A stretch of 64,000 bases of DNA from Octopus vulgaris. Its lineage: Eukaryota. Below, piece after piece: positions 1-12,696 of this stretch. A model generated the notes under the pieces. That model ran no database searches and was not told the DNA's origin. It saw only the letters and a list, made by a program, of their open reading frames with translations. A program made the position numbers and the translations under genes. The first letter of the stretch is position 1. Each line of letters begins with the position of its first letter. The stretch spans positions 86,800,001-86,864,000 of the forward strand of contig OX597816.1 of assembly GCA_951406725.2 (NCBI GenBank), read 5' to 3'.

Positions 1-238
1 GACAGAGTTGGGGCTTATATACACGAGAGTTGGGACTTATATGCTAACACTACGAAACAGAAAAAAAGATAGTATATGAACACCCCAGAAAAGGTCACAG
101 AAAATGAGAAGGCCTTCCTTTAATCTTGTTTTTTTCAATCACAAGTTCATTAGTAAACTTTTTCGTTCTTTTCAGAGCAAATTACTATTTTCTTGATCAG
201 ATCGGTTCTGATGCTATACAACATCAATCAATAAAGAC

Positions 239-448
239 TAAGGCGGCGATCTGGCAGAACTGTTACCACGCCAAGTATAATGCTTAACGGCATTTCGTCT
301 GTGTTTATGTTTAAATTCTGCTAATGTCGACTTAGCTTTTCATCCTTTTGAGGTCGATAAAATAAGTCCCAGTAGAGCAGTGGAATCGATGTTTTCGATT
401 TATCCACTCAATTACATTGCTGGCTTTGTGCCAAAATTTGAAGCCAAT
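239..448 (+). mobile_element. tRNA-derived SINE family A, diverged copy
   Basis: Head aaggcggcgatctggcagaa, central gcttttcatccttttgaggtcgataaaataagt and tail gctttgtgccaaaatttgaa match about 12 other copies in the window. Confidence 0.8.
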
Positions 449-2049
449 AATGTGTGAAGAGTAAAATGAGATCTCATGGTGTTCATGCTATTATATGAAC
501 AAGAATATTTTCATAGTAAATTTTGAAGACCTGTTTTAACAACGAATCAAGGCGGAACTGAACACAGCAGAAAGAGTACTTACCTTATTCTCAACACCAC
601 TCGTTTCAATTTTGCAAGCAATAGATACTGCGATTTCTTTATTTTTAGTTCTTCTTTGTATTACATCTGGTTTTGCTTAAGCGGAAGTACAGATGTGGCA
701 TTTAGGCTTCTCATTCACTAAAAGCTTGTATAATTATAGGTTTGGCAATTTCAATAAAAGCTTTTACCTTTTCCATCTATGTTCAGTTTTACTTTTCATT
801 AGTTTAAATGCATACATGTATGATATAAACGATGTAAGATTTAATTAAAATAGCTCGAATGGCAGAATCAAAATTGATACTAAAGTCTTTGTGGATAGTG
901 TTCTCCTTAGAATAGATATGCCAGTGAAGATTTTCTATCTAGAAAGGCCACATCTTAATTTACTTTATTCATATGTTTATTGTTATTTCATTTATTCTTT
1001 TTATTTCAGAAAACACACATTTTCAGTCTTACAGGAACTATATGAGGCAGTTTCGTTTCCTCTCCGAGTTCGTTTTCAGTCTATTGGAGCTAATAAATTA
1101 CCGACAGCAGAGAAATTTGTACACCATGCATTTAATACATAGTCAATTGCATGACATTGACTGAAGAAAACAGTAATTTCGAAAATGTTTCATTTCTCAT
1201 TTCATAAGCAGTTCACTGTGGTAAAGGTTACGCTGGCATTAAACGCAGAAAAATGTATGCCTCAAAATTTCTGCAAGTGTTATTTTCTCTATTTTCTTTT
1301 TAATTCAACAATTTTTTGAAGTAGTGAATCTTCAAAAATTCTGAGATTATTCACTTGCAACAAATAAGAAGAAACACGCTTAGATTTGTTTTATTAGTTA
1401 ATCAGATTACTAACTTGAGGTGGCAAATTTGGGCATAGAAGAAAATTACAGAATATATGCACACGTACATACGCCTATACGTACATACATATATATATAT
1501 ATGCATACACACACACACCGATATATACATGCACATATATACACATACAAACATTCATATATATGTGTATACATATGCACACTGACTCACACGCATGTGC
1601 ACAAACAAACAAACAAAAACAGAGCTCCAACAACGGACAAAGTTAACGACTATTGAAGCCGTTGCATTTATCTTAAATCATGCATGATTGGTTGCAAAAT
1701 TAATAGAATGCTATGTAAAAATGCTAAGTACTCTCTAAGTCATTTCACGTACAGAGTCTGAATTTGCGCAGTGTCAAATTTTATATTCATCCATTGCATT
1801 CGATTAAATTGGTAGCAGTTATTTACAGAGAACAACTGTAATAACTCTCTTTTCTAAAACTTGCGTGGTTGATCCTTATGGAGGAAATCCCTATTTTATT
1901 TTATAGAGAAGCATGAATTTAAACAGAAATATATAGTTTGTTTTTATTAAATTTAATGGTGCTAGATCTTGCTCAAAATTGTGGACACTAAAATAATCGT
2001 TTCAATACTGTTGTTGAAAGGCATTCGATCAAAACTTTTGAAGATGCAG

Positions 2050-3130
2050 TGTCATGAATTCCACTGAAATAGATTACCTTCGTTTTCAAAATGATAGAAT
2101 TCCTCCTCATAATGAATCAAGAGAAATGCTACAAGTACTAAAATCCTTTGGGACATACCATAATTTCATTACCTTTGCTTGATAGTATCCTCCCACACTG
2201 AAGTATTGCTAGTATTTCGCATAATGATGGTTATGTATATAGTGCAGGCAACAGATGAACAAGAAAATAAAAAAGCTAAAGGAATTCAACGAAATTCAAT
2301 TCTAGATATGATGCAGAATTTAGAACCGATTGTGGTTTGCAAGATACAAGAAAAAGTAGGTTTGTGAATCCTTAACGAAAAGTTAGAATACACAGTATTT
2401 TTGCTTTCTTTCCTAAAATATTATTAAGCTATTGATTGGATTTGCAGAGGAGGGTTTTAGCTAACCCTTGGCAGTCTCTTTACTCACGTCTTCGCACATT
2501 TATTTGATACTTTCTCAAAGACATTATTTATTCAGACTATGTTATGCAATGTTTTCTTCCCAACTTTAAGACAGAACGAATATGGTAGAAGAATTTGGAT
2601 GCTATTTTCAAACTAGAAAACAGAGACACAGGCTGGAAGACATGATATGAGTGACTCGAGAAGCAGAAAAGCTGATTGAAATATTTTGAGATATATGGAG
2701 CCTCGAAAGAACCCATATAATTTTTTTTAGGAAAGGAGAGCGAACGCCACTCTTGTAGCGGTAGATTGGTAGAGGAAACAACCAAAATTTCTGCCAGGAA
2801 AACTTGTTGCTGGTTGGTGAGCCAATCAGTTCTAGTTAGTAGAGATAGTAAAACTAACGAAGAATCCTCTAGATAAGAGTAGGATTTGTAATAATTAGCA
2901 ACCAAATTCATCTCCGTACACGCCCACAGTGGTAAAAGAAATAGAGATACTGTATAACGTAGCCCCAGGATTAGAAAAAAGAGGAAATGGTCAGGGTTGG
3001 TATGTCAATAGCCATAAATGCTTTCAACGGTGGTACAAAGAGGCATAATTGCAATTCTTAGACTGTAGCTATCATGGAGAATATTTGTTCTGGAATAAGA
3101 TGGAACAAAGATTATCTGGATGGATATCCA
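2050..3130 (+). mobile_element. Possible highly decayed retroelement fragment
   Basis: Purine-rich, balanced composition with no microsatellite. FISVHAHSGKRNRD near 2907-2950 weakly resembles the RNase H H-x-x-x-GN-x-AD region. Many stops. Confidence 0.25.
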
Positions 3131-3621
3131 AGAAGTTATAGTGTGGATGGATAGATGGATGGATGGTTTAAAAAATGATCATTTATTCTCTCAAATGAAT
3201 TATCTATAGGATCAATTGACAAGTGGCTTAATAATATATCATACACATACCCGCACACATACACAAAAAAAACACACACACATACACACACGCATACTGT
3301 AAGTATACGTGCGTGACACAGAATGTAACAAGGCTGGAACTTTGAATTGCATGTGTTCTCTTCTTGTCTACCAATTTCACTCACATGGTTTTGAGTGATC
3401 CATATCTATAGTAACAAAGCCTTCTCTAAGACCACAAGCAGTAGTACTAAATTTAGATGTCGAGATGTCATACCTACACCTAGAGAGCAAATTGATTACA
3501 TGACACCACCACAAACTTCCCACACCCTCACAACATCGTGCTAGTAAGAGAACTCCTGTGCAGTTACTTGACCTGTTTCAAATAGCAATTAATTTTCCTT
3601 GAAATCATACACTATCATATC

Positions 3622-3780
3622 AGACGTCACTGGTGCCAGGTTGTATCGGCCATTGTCTTTCCATTTGATGACATCGGTGGCGTGGAGAGGGGTGTTGGTC
3701 TTCCCTAAAAAACCTTACCTCGAAGGGTAACGTTCTAGGTGCAATTCCATGGTCATGGATGACCGAAGGGAAACTTTTAC
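3622..3780 (+). mobile_element. 3' fragment of SINE family C
   Basis: gacgtcactggtgccagg...ggtgcaattccatggtcat...gaaggg aligns with 16770-16945. Confidence 0.7.
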
Positions 3781-4159
3781 CCTGTCTCAGAAAAGGACAA
3801 GTTGGGCATTTTGATCTTGAGTTCCCAGTACAGAAGGAAAGGGCTGGATGGTCATGACTCGTATGTCTTTCATCACAGGTCGGATCTATAGGGTTTAGCA
3901 AGGGGCAGACAACGACAATTAAACCAAATGAACTCACTAAAACAAAAATAAATATAAAGATAAACTATGCCAAAAACCCACAAACTATGTTTACAATTAT
4001 TCACTTCACACAAAAGACAGAACACACGATTCAAAAATGACAGAGAATAACACACGATACATATACATAACGACATTCACACAAAATATTTATGAGCATT
4101 TTTCTCACATACATACACACAAATAGTGCGTGTATGTGTGTGTGGGTGTACACACACCT

Positions 4160-4289
4160 AAATATATATATATATATAAACACATATACGCATAATAGCA
4201 TATATACATATATAGATACAGGTATATATATGTGTATATATATATATATTACGCATATAAGCATATATACATATATAGATACAGGTATA

Positions 4290-4322
<33 letters not shown>

Positions 4323-4347
4323 TACGCATATAAGCATATATATACAT

Positions 4348-4425
<78 letters not shown>
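4160..4425. repeat. (TA)n microsatellite with an imperfect minisatellite
   Basis: tacgcatataagcatatatacat unit repeated three times among (TA)n and (CA)n. Confidence 0.85.
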
Positions 4426-6061
4426 TACAAATACATAGAGAATGTTCATAGAAAGCAATAAATAAAATATACAAAATTAGAAGCATATAATACACGTAAA
4501 ATTGGAATCATGCAAAAAACACGCATTTGAAACTGTGAAATCAAGAGAAATCACAAATTCAAAATTTATGCAACAAACAACGCACAAAACATACAATTAT
4601 GCAACAATCGAGGTAATCACAAGTACAAACACACACGCACAGACTACTCTCAACACGAAAACACTTGAAATCCACAAATCACACGCACGAAATACTATAA
4701 AACATAAAGTATACAACATACTCACGCACATTTTTAAAAAATGCGTTCATGAACAACACATAAATGCACATATGCTCACATACCACACATAAAAATATCA
4801 ACAACGGGAATAGCAAACGCATTAGAAATACATCGCCGATAATACGCAAACAGAAGATGCAGTAACAGCACGCTCATAGAAAAAGACCTAGAAAATACTT
4901 AGAAAACCTTTAAGCATGCACATGGGGAACGTTGAACAAACAAATATATCTATATGATGGACGATAATCACAGAAGCATACAGAAACACAAAGCATAGTT
5001 GCACGTATCATAAACACGTACATCGTAAACAAGAACAACGCAGAACCCATGCCACATATAAACACACAGAACATTATTGGTTGGACAATTTTTATGAAAA
5101 TGAATGAAATTTTGCTGATAAGAATTTAATTACGTACTTCCTTTGAATTATCGATCAGTAATTTCGATCCCAAATATTTGCGATCGATTAACTAAATATT
5201 GCAGAGCTGCAGCAACGCAATTAGATAACGTTTTGGAGTGGCGATGATCAATGGTTCGGATCAATTAATCGAATCCTCATGCCACTACTCCATTGTATAA
5301 ATTAAATATCCGAGGAATCTAAATTTCAGATGTCCCGGTTCATCTTTCAGTAAATATGTACCGTAAACACGTAATCGACCGGCAAAAACAAAAAAAGTAA
5401 TGGTGAAATAGTCGATAGCTTGCATCCGGTTATGGCTGCCGTGTTTTTGTCAAGGCTACAGTTCTTAGGAGTAGGAGAGATAGCAGGTCGTTTACATTCA
5501 TCGGCTCATCTCACTGAGCAGCGAGAGCAAAAGATATATTAAGCTTGATTTTGATCACGCACAGAAGTAGTTTGTTAAAGTTTTGTGCTTGTGTGAATGC
5601 GGTGGGGAGAATAAAAACGCTTCACTTTATACTTCAAATAACAACATTAATGATAATATAAATGGAGAGCAGAGAGTTAAAATGACGAATAGTTGTGTCA
5701 CGAAACATCATCAATTTTTTTTCTTTTATTCAAATTTGAAAATAAGAAAATAAACACTAAAGAGGATAATTATAATAAAGACTCTATTAGGCGAACAATG
5801 GTTGATTCGAATTCTATCACTAGTGTTATACTGTGTCTTTAATAACACTTCTAATTAGATATAATTAGAAGAGGCTGCATAAATTTAAAGTTTCAACAGC
5901 AGTCTAAGTATAACGTCACAATACTTTGATTAGAAGGCAAATGCAAAATTGTAGAATTTATTTCATTACTTTTGACACAGTTGCTGTATCAGTGAAATGA
6001 TTATTCTTTCTCCTAAAATAAATTTATGATGTAGAAAAGCTTAAAGAAAATAATTAAAGGT

Positions 6062-6480
6062 AGAGGTGTTGCTGAATGATAAGAAGTTCACTTTGCAACA
6101 ACATGGTTCCGGGTTCAGACCCAATGTATGGCAGATTAGGCAAGTGTCTTCTCTAAGCCCCGGACCGACCAAATTCTTGTGGATGGATTTGGTAAACGGA
6201 AACCGAAAGAAGCTCGTCATATAAATATGCGTGAGTGTTTGTGTGTGTGTGTAAATGTATGTGTACGTACGTATACATCTGTGCGTATGTCTTTGCGTTT
6301 ATGTTTGTCTCCACCACCACCATTTACTTGACAACCGGTGATCGGCCAAAGATGTAGACTGAATAAGTACAAGGGTAAAAATTTTGATAGGGGTCTATTT
6401 GTTCCACTAATCCCTTCAAGGCGCTGCCCCAGCATAGCCACAATCTAATGGCTGAAACTAGTAAAAGAAAATTTAACAGA
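6062..6480 (+). mobile_element. tRNA-derived CORE-like SINE family B, diverged
   Basis: catggttccgggttcag...ggcaagtgtcttc...ggatttggtaaacggaaac, an internal TG repeat and tail gctgaaactagtaaaag match 15693-16114. Confidence 0.8.
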
Positions 6481-6559
6481 AAGGAGTGGAAGTATCGAAT
6501 GTAATGTAGTGACGTGGTTGTTTTTCTGAATCATCTATTTCCATATAATTTCCAAGAGG

Positions 6560-6850
6560 CAGAGTTAGAACTAACCAAACGGCGATAACAACAGAGTTTC
6601 TGCACAGAACAAAGACAAGAAAACACCATGAATTTGATTCTACATCTGATGAAAGTCATCATAATATTCTTTGCCATATTGTACTGTGGACCCCAAGTCA
6701 CAGAAACGCCAATGAAAGAGACACTTCTCATGGGACATATTGGCATACTGGACAATGTAATCCGAGATATGAAATACGACGTGATGACCACATTCAAAAT
6801 GCACTTGATCATAGATCACTTCTATCACGGATGACCTAGGGCTAAAGAAC
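6560..6850 (+). mobile_element. Decayed RTE/RTEX-like LINE 3' coding remnant
   Basis: HIVLWTPSHRN at about 6675-6710 resembles the LVLW-P-HG-R--GRP C-terminus of RTE-type ORFs; frameshifted. Confidence 0.35.
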
Positions 6851-8083
6851 AATAGTGTCAATCTATTCCAGCTGAATGAACATGAAGTCTCTGCCAGTTA
6901 ACATATTACATCAACTTTGACAGGATAAGAATGCTGAGGCATGCATCATAAACTGGCTGTTTTTGCATTCGAAACTCTACACTGAACGTTAGTTGATACT
7001 GAACGTTAGTTGTGTAATGTGCATGTTTCTCTCTCTGTTTGTGTTTGTCTCTCTGTGTGTGCGTGCGTACGCGAAACTGAAACAAAATACGCTTGTAGGA
7101 AATATATAAAAAAAGGAATATTTCCTTTCTCATATAGCTTAAACATTTGCATGTAATTTACTAGAAAAAGGAAATACAGCATGGACATGTCTCCCTCATT
7201 TGTGGTAATAAATACATCTTTAAATGACATATGCAACGAACAGCTGAAGAATTAGTTTGCAGACCAAAAGTATTAGAGGCCTTAATATTGTACTATTTAC
7301 TACGTACTTGAAGTTAATATCTTAATATGACACTTATGGACACATTAATTCGAACATAACCTCCGACAGGTACAAACACACATATAAATTGATGAATTAA
7401 ATTATCGTTTATGCCTTTTTGCTTTGTGTTTATGTATGTGCGTGTGCGTGCGTGTGCATGTGTGTGTGTTAACATGTAATATAAATTATATTTAATGAAG
7501 GAATCCAGTTTTAAGCTGATTTCGATCTTATTTCACAAGAAGCGGTGTGAACACCAGTGTTCTTCCTTGATAAAATTTGCATATTCCGTCAATGCCGTTA
7601 AGGAGTTCAGTAACCTGAAAAATCTGATTTGCATAATTAACACTTTCCTGGCAGATATGTCAACCTATTAACTATTAATTCGCTCATTTGCTTACATTTG
7701 TGCAATGTAGTAGATTACACATGCCATATCGCCTAAAACTTGTACTGCTACAACAGACAAACTGTACAGTGGATTTCCATTTTCAAAAACACACTACCCT
7801 GTGTATCAATTATATATACATACATATGTGTGTGCGTGTGTGTGTGTGTTTCTGTGTGTGTGTGTGTACTTAAATATATAGTGATTTCGAAGTTTACGCC
7901 TGTTACTCGTTATAGAACAGTTTACTAAAGGCTAGCAGACCAAAGCTTCAAAATCACTGATCTTCTTCTAAATGCATAATAAAAGTGTATTCTACAAAAA
8001 ATTGAATTATTCAGCAGTTCGACATAAAATCGTTTTTATTCCAACTCGAAAAAAGAATAACTATTAATATTATGCGTATATAC

Positions 8084-8284
8084 AAGGCAGAAGAATCGTT
8101 AGCACGGCGAGCAAAATGCTTAGGCGGATTTCGTCCGTTTTCAGGTTCTCATTCCACCGACGTCGAGCTTGCCTTTCAACCTTTCGGTGTCAATAAAATA
8201 AATACGAGTTGAGCGCCGGAGTCAACGTAATCGACCTACTCCTTGCCCGCACTTGATGACCTTGTGCCAAAATTTGAAGTCAAT
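8084..8284 (+). mobile_element. SINE family A, diverged
   Basis: gaatcgttagcacg...gcctttcaacctttcggtgtcaataaaata...ccttgtgccaaaatttgaa. Confidence 0.8.
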
Positions 8285-8321
8285 ATATGCGTACATATAT
8301 ATATGTATTGTTGTATTGTTA

Positions 8322-8478
8322 TTTTTCTTTTATTTGTTTCAATCATTTGACTGCAGCCATGCTTTGTAAGCGTAGTACTTATTCTATCGGACACTTTTGT
8401 CGAACTGCTAAGTTACGGGGATGTAAGCACACCAACATTGGTTCTCAAGCGATGATAGAGGCACAAACACAGATACAA
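8322..8478 (-). mobile_element. SINE family B, 3' half
   Basis: tgtttcaatcatttgactgcagccatgct...cgaactgctaagttacgggg is the reverse complement of the family B tail. Confidence 0.75.
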
Positions 8479-8506
8479 ACATATGCATATATACATATAT
8501 ATATAT

Positions 8507-8585
<79 letters not shown>

Positions 8586-8678
8586 TGTATATATATATAT
8601 ATACAAAATGTGACCGCGTGTGTACCGTTGGCGATTTTTTCCTCTGTCTTCTCTTCTCTGGATCTTTCCTTCTCCTAT

Positions 8679-8713
8679 GTTTCCGACGAAGAGCTTCGCT
8701 CTAAACGTTAAAC
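8679..8713 (+). ncRNA. Minimal type I hammerhead ribozyme motif, degenerate, within a PLE terminal-repeat-like fragment (about 8610-8805)
   Basis: gttt-CCGACGA-a-gagc(ttc)gctc-TAAAC-GTT-aaac: stem I gttt/aaac and stem II gagc/gctc pair; G12 is mutated to T. Confidence 0.6.
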
Positions 8714-8803
8714 CCTCCTTCTTCCCTTCCTTCCAGAGCGTCCAATAATACTATATTTGTTCCACGTCCTCGCGTTGTTGTGTTTTCATATTTGGATTAA
8801 CTT

Positions 8804-8855
<52 letters not shown>

Positions 8856-8856
<1 letters not shown>

Positions 8857-9247
8857 TAGCAGTATCGCCCGGCGTTGCTCGAGTTTGTAAGGGAAATAAC
8901 TATATAAGCACTTTTAGAGAGTTATGGCCAAAAAATAGCAAAAAATGCATTAAAAATAGAAAAAAATGATGGTAATTTTTTTTTAAATCGTTGACTCATC
9001 GTAGACATATTTAGTGAGTTACTTCCCTTATATAATAGCGAAAATAATGCATTAAAATGGAAAAATTTATGGAAATTTTTTTTTTTAATTGTAGACTCAT
9101 CGTAGACGCGCGCTAATACTCAGAAGGGCTTGATATGAATCACGACTATAAGATACCCTGTTTTTGTTAAACTGCACCGCAAAATGTGGGAGTAGTTAGG
9201 AATCTAAATCGTAGGAGACAGACTCACAACTTAACTTTTATATATAA

Positions 9248-9250
<3 letters not shown>
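8856..9250 (-). mobile_element. Non-autonomous Helitron (395 bp)
   Basis: Minus strand starts TCTTTATATATAAAAG and ends with a GC hairpin (ctcgagcaacgccggg) plus CTAG. Inserted between A and T in (TA)n with no TSD. Internal duplication of about 70 bp. Confidence 0.85.
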
Positions 9251-9324
<74 letters not shown>

Positions 9325-9336
9325 ATATATATATAG

Positions 9337-9402
<66 letters not shown>

Positions 9403-9789
9403 CCACCTCGGCGATATTTGCACTGAGATCGCAGATAGCCAAAGCTAAAACCTTACGCCGATCGAACGACGTGGTCAATTAACAACGCACATAAAACCTT
9501 TATAATTACATACATACATACATACATACATACATGCGTTGTTTATCTTAATATAGATCACTATGTCGCGCACTTGGTTGTGATGCATGTGTCTGTTGTA
9601 CCATAATCAGACGGGTAGTCATGATGGGTATACTGGGCTTCGCATATTTTACCCCCAGTATCACTGCTCTCACATGCATACAAATTGTTTATATTAACTA
9701 CATCCCAAAGATGGAGTCTTGTATCTTTGTTGGAAACCGGCCCCTCCTCAGTCGAAGATTTATAATAATAAAAATTAGATGAGATATAC

Positions 9790-9837
<48 letters not shown>

Positions 9838-9932
9838 GTATGTATGTATGTATCGTACATACATATATATACATGCATACACACGTACGTGCGTATATAT
9901 ATATATGTGTATGTGTGTGTGTATAGATAGAT

Positions 9933-10021
<89 letters not shown>

Positions 10022-10045
10022 CGTACATACATACATAGATAGATA

Positions 10046-11301
10046 CAGGTGTTGGACAAACTAATAGAAACACCTTAAATTTTCAAACCAATTATTTTTT
10101 AAATATGGGGTAGGACCTCCATTGGCAGTAATTACAGCTTGAATTCTACGACGTATGGACTCGTACAAAGTTTGACATGTCCCCAAAGAAAGTTTTGCCC
10201 ATTCTTCAGCTAAAACAGTCTCCAGTTCTTGTAGTGATGATGTTGGTGGATATCAACTCCTTACTTGTTTTTTGTAAAATGCTCCATAAATGTTCAATAA
10301 TACAGAGATCTGGGAACTATGGTGGCCAGATAGGATGTTCAACTTCACAAGGATGTTCCTCGTGCCACTCAGTAATAACTTTAGTTGTGTGAATTGGTGC
10401 GTTATCTTTCTGAAAGATTGCGTTTCCATCCGGAAATAATTCCGCAACAATAGGATGAATTTGATTAGATAAAATGCTTAAATAGTCTTCGCTATTAATT
10501 CTGCTTTGAAGGGAAACCATTGGGCTGGCATATTTCCAAGATATAGCTACCCCCCCCCCCCATCATCACAGATCCTCCTCCATGTTTAACAGTTGGAAGA
10601 AGGTAGTCTAGGTCAAATGCTTCTTTTGGCTGTCTCCACACGTATACTCGGCCGGTGGTCGGAAATAAGATAAAGGATGACTCATCCGAGAACATAACAT
10701 TCTTTCACCGTTCTAGGGACCAATTCTATAGGTTTTTACTCCACTCCAAACGCTTTGCAACATTTGCTTTTGAAAGTACTATTTTCTGATTGCAGTCCTC
10801 AATAAAATCCGGCTTTTGTGCAGCTCCCAGTGAACAGTTTTTCTGAAAAGTTGGTTCTCGAAGTGGTGATTAAGCTCTGCAATAATTTTGGGAGCTGTAC
10901 TTTTGTGATCCTTTCTAACAATTCACGTAAGAAAGTTTTGGTTATCTTCCGGAGTTTTATTTCGACAAGGAGGTTTTTCCCTCTTTCTCAAAGAATGTCA
11001 TTACTTTCGAGGCAGTACTTCATGATACACCAAACATTTCTGCTGTTTTCGTTACAAACAATTTGACCTCTTTGAAAGTCCGATAGATCTGTCATTTTAA
11101 TGAATTTTGATTACCTTTTTCTGGTGACATCTGAAAAGAAACAGCAATTTTAGCAAAACATATTAAGCAACATTAATAATAATAAATCAAATACTAATAA
11201 ATCAAAAGCATTAAAATAAACAAGCTTTTGACGGTTTTATAGATACTTCCAAATTAAGATCTTATGATGCTAAGAGTTTCCATTATTTTGTCCAACCCCT
11301 G
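10046..11301 (-). mobile_element. Full-length decayed Tc1-type DNA transposon, DD36E spacing (Incomer-like)
   Basis: About 31-bp imperfect TIRs (caggtgttggacaaactaatagaaac / caggggttggacaaaataatggaaac) and TA duplication at 10044-45 and 11302-03. Confidence 0.92.
10099..11095 (-). pseudogene. Tc1-family transposase pseudogene
   Basis: MTDLSDFQRGQIV start, FSDESSF, KHGGGSVM, FQKDNAPIH, WPP*FPDLCIIEHLW and ANGGPTPY; stops and frameshifts. Confidence 0.9.
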
Positions 11302-11307
11302 TAGATA

Positions 11308-11340
11308 TACTGGCAGAGGTACCCGGTGTTTCCAGATAAA
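11308..11340 (-). mobile_element. Degenerate Helitron 3' end
   Basis: tactggcagaggtacccggtgtttccag resembles tactagcagtatcgcccggcgttgctcg at 8854-8881. Confidence 0.4.
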
Positions 11341-12382
11341 TTCAGAATGCATGTACAGAGGACGAATATATATAGAAACATTTGTTAAGTTGTGTGTGTT
11401 TGCGTGTGTGTATGTGTGAGTGTCTGTGTGTAAGTGTATGTGTGTAAGTGTGTCATATAAACTAAATTAATGTACAAGCTTATGTCTTTCCATATAATTC
11501 TTTTTCTTTTTTGGCATATACTTGTTATTGCAATATAGTATGCAAATTTTTTGAAACAGCAATTTTGTTAACCATAAGTTTGTAATACAAGGAAATATCT
11601 TTATTTTATAATTTCTGTATTTTCTTGTAATTCGAAACAGATGCCATTCTAAGAAAAATGTTTATAGATAGTAAAAAGCTCTGAGGAAAATATTTCCTGT
11701 TCTACTGTTTTGTGCTTTGATGAACAGATGACTGCTTTCTCCAAAACACGAGTATATAACATATAACTGATATAATCAGAAGAAAAACTTTAATTTGTTC
11801 AGTTGAACTTCAATATATCTGAAAGACTGTATCTGTTAGTTGCTAATGGTGGTAGTAAAATATATTGCTACTAGAAATTAAAGGTCTTTGAACTGAAATA
11901 GCGTTTTAATGAGAGTAGTGGTAGAAGTACATAGGATGAAAACACCCCCCTTGGTACAACCAATCAAAATAGCGGCTTGATTAGCAGGATTATACAAATT
12001 TTGACATTTAATCTTATACCGTAGCATAATTTTAATTCACTCAAATTTCATAGCAACATAATGGGTGTTCCTACTTGTATTTGTAGATGGTAAGATAAAC
12101 GCCAGTGGGCTGAAAATAATTGAGAAACGTTGTCTGATCATTAGCAGATTCGTTAAAGTAAACAATATTGTAACCTGAATTGTGCCATTGGACTCGGCTG
12201 AAAGATAGTTGCTTTCATGTCCTACGTAAAAATTTCATTTTGAGGAGAATGTCTGGAACGTTCAGGACAAACTTTCAAAAGCATTTCTCCAGATTTATTG
12301 CTAACTAATCAGATCATTTTCATTTTTGCATTCCAATATTTCCACTCGCAGTGAAAGCCGGCAGCTGATCATTGACCGAAAT

Positions 12383-12696
12383 TATTTTTATTTATGCCCT
12401 TTCCAAGCCTAACCAGGCTCATGGGCCCGGTTTCCAGCTTTCTGTGGCGTAAGTTTTCCCCCCAGCTAGCCGGGACGCCAGTCCATCGCAGCGTTACTCA
12501 AGAAACAGGAAGAAAGAGTGAGAGAAAGTTGGGGCGAAAGAGTACAACAGGGGGCGCCACCACCACCTGTCGGAGATTCGTGAAGCTTTAGGTGTTTTCG
12601 CTCAATAAACACACACAACGCCCGGTCTGGGCATCGAAACTGCGATCCTCCGACCGCGAGTCCGTTGTCCTAACCAATGGGCCATTGCGCCTCCAC
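12383..12696 (-). mobile_element. tRNA-Arg(TCG)-derived SINE family D, full length
   Basis: Head ggaggcgcaatggcccattggttaggacaacggactcgcggtc...gtttcgatgcc with A and B boxes, A-rich tail, and about 13-bp TSD cattgaccgaaat / cattgaactaaat. Confidence 0.85.

Noticed and set aside
1-56. Possible Tc2/pogo-like transposon right end (repeated gagttggg.cttatat)
   Set aside because: Cut by the window edge; the partner TIR is not visible.
5145-5560. CpG- and ATCGAT-rich segment as a promoter
   Set aside because: Composition only; no linked transcript or diagnostic motif arrangement.
6645-6680. CTGATGA as a hammerhead (also near 20003, 23899, 36288, 60348 and 61613)
   Set aside because: No stem II followed by GAAA and no stem I pairing; expected by chance.
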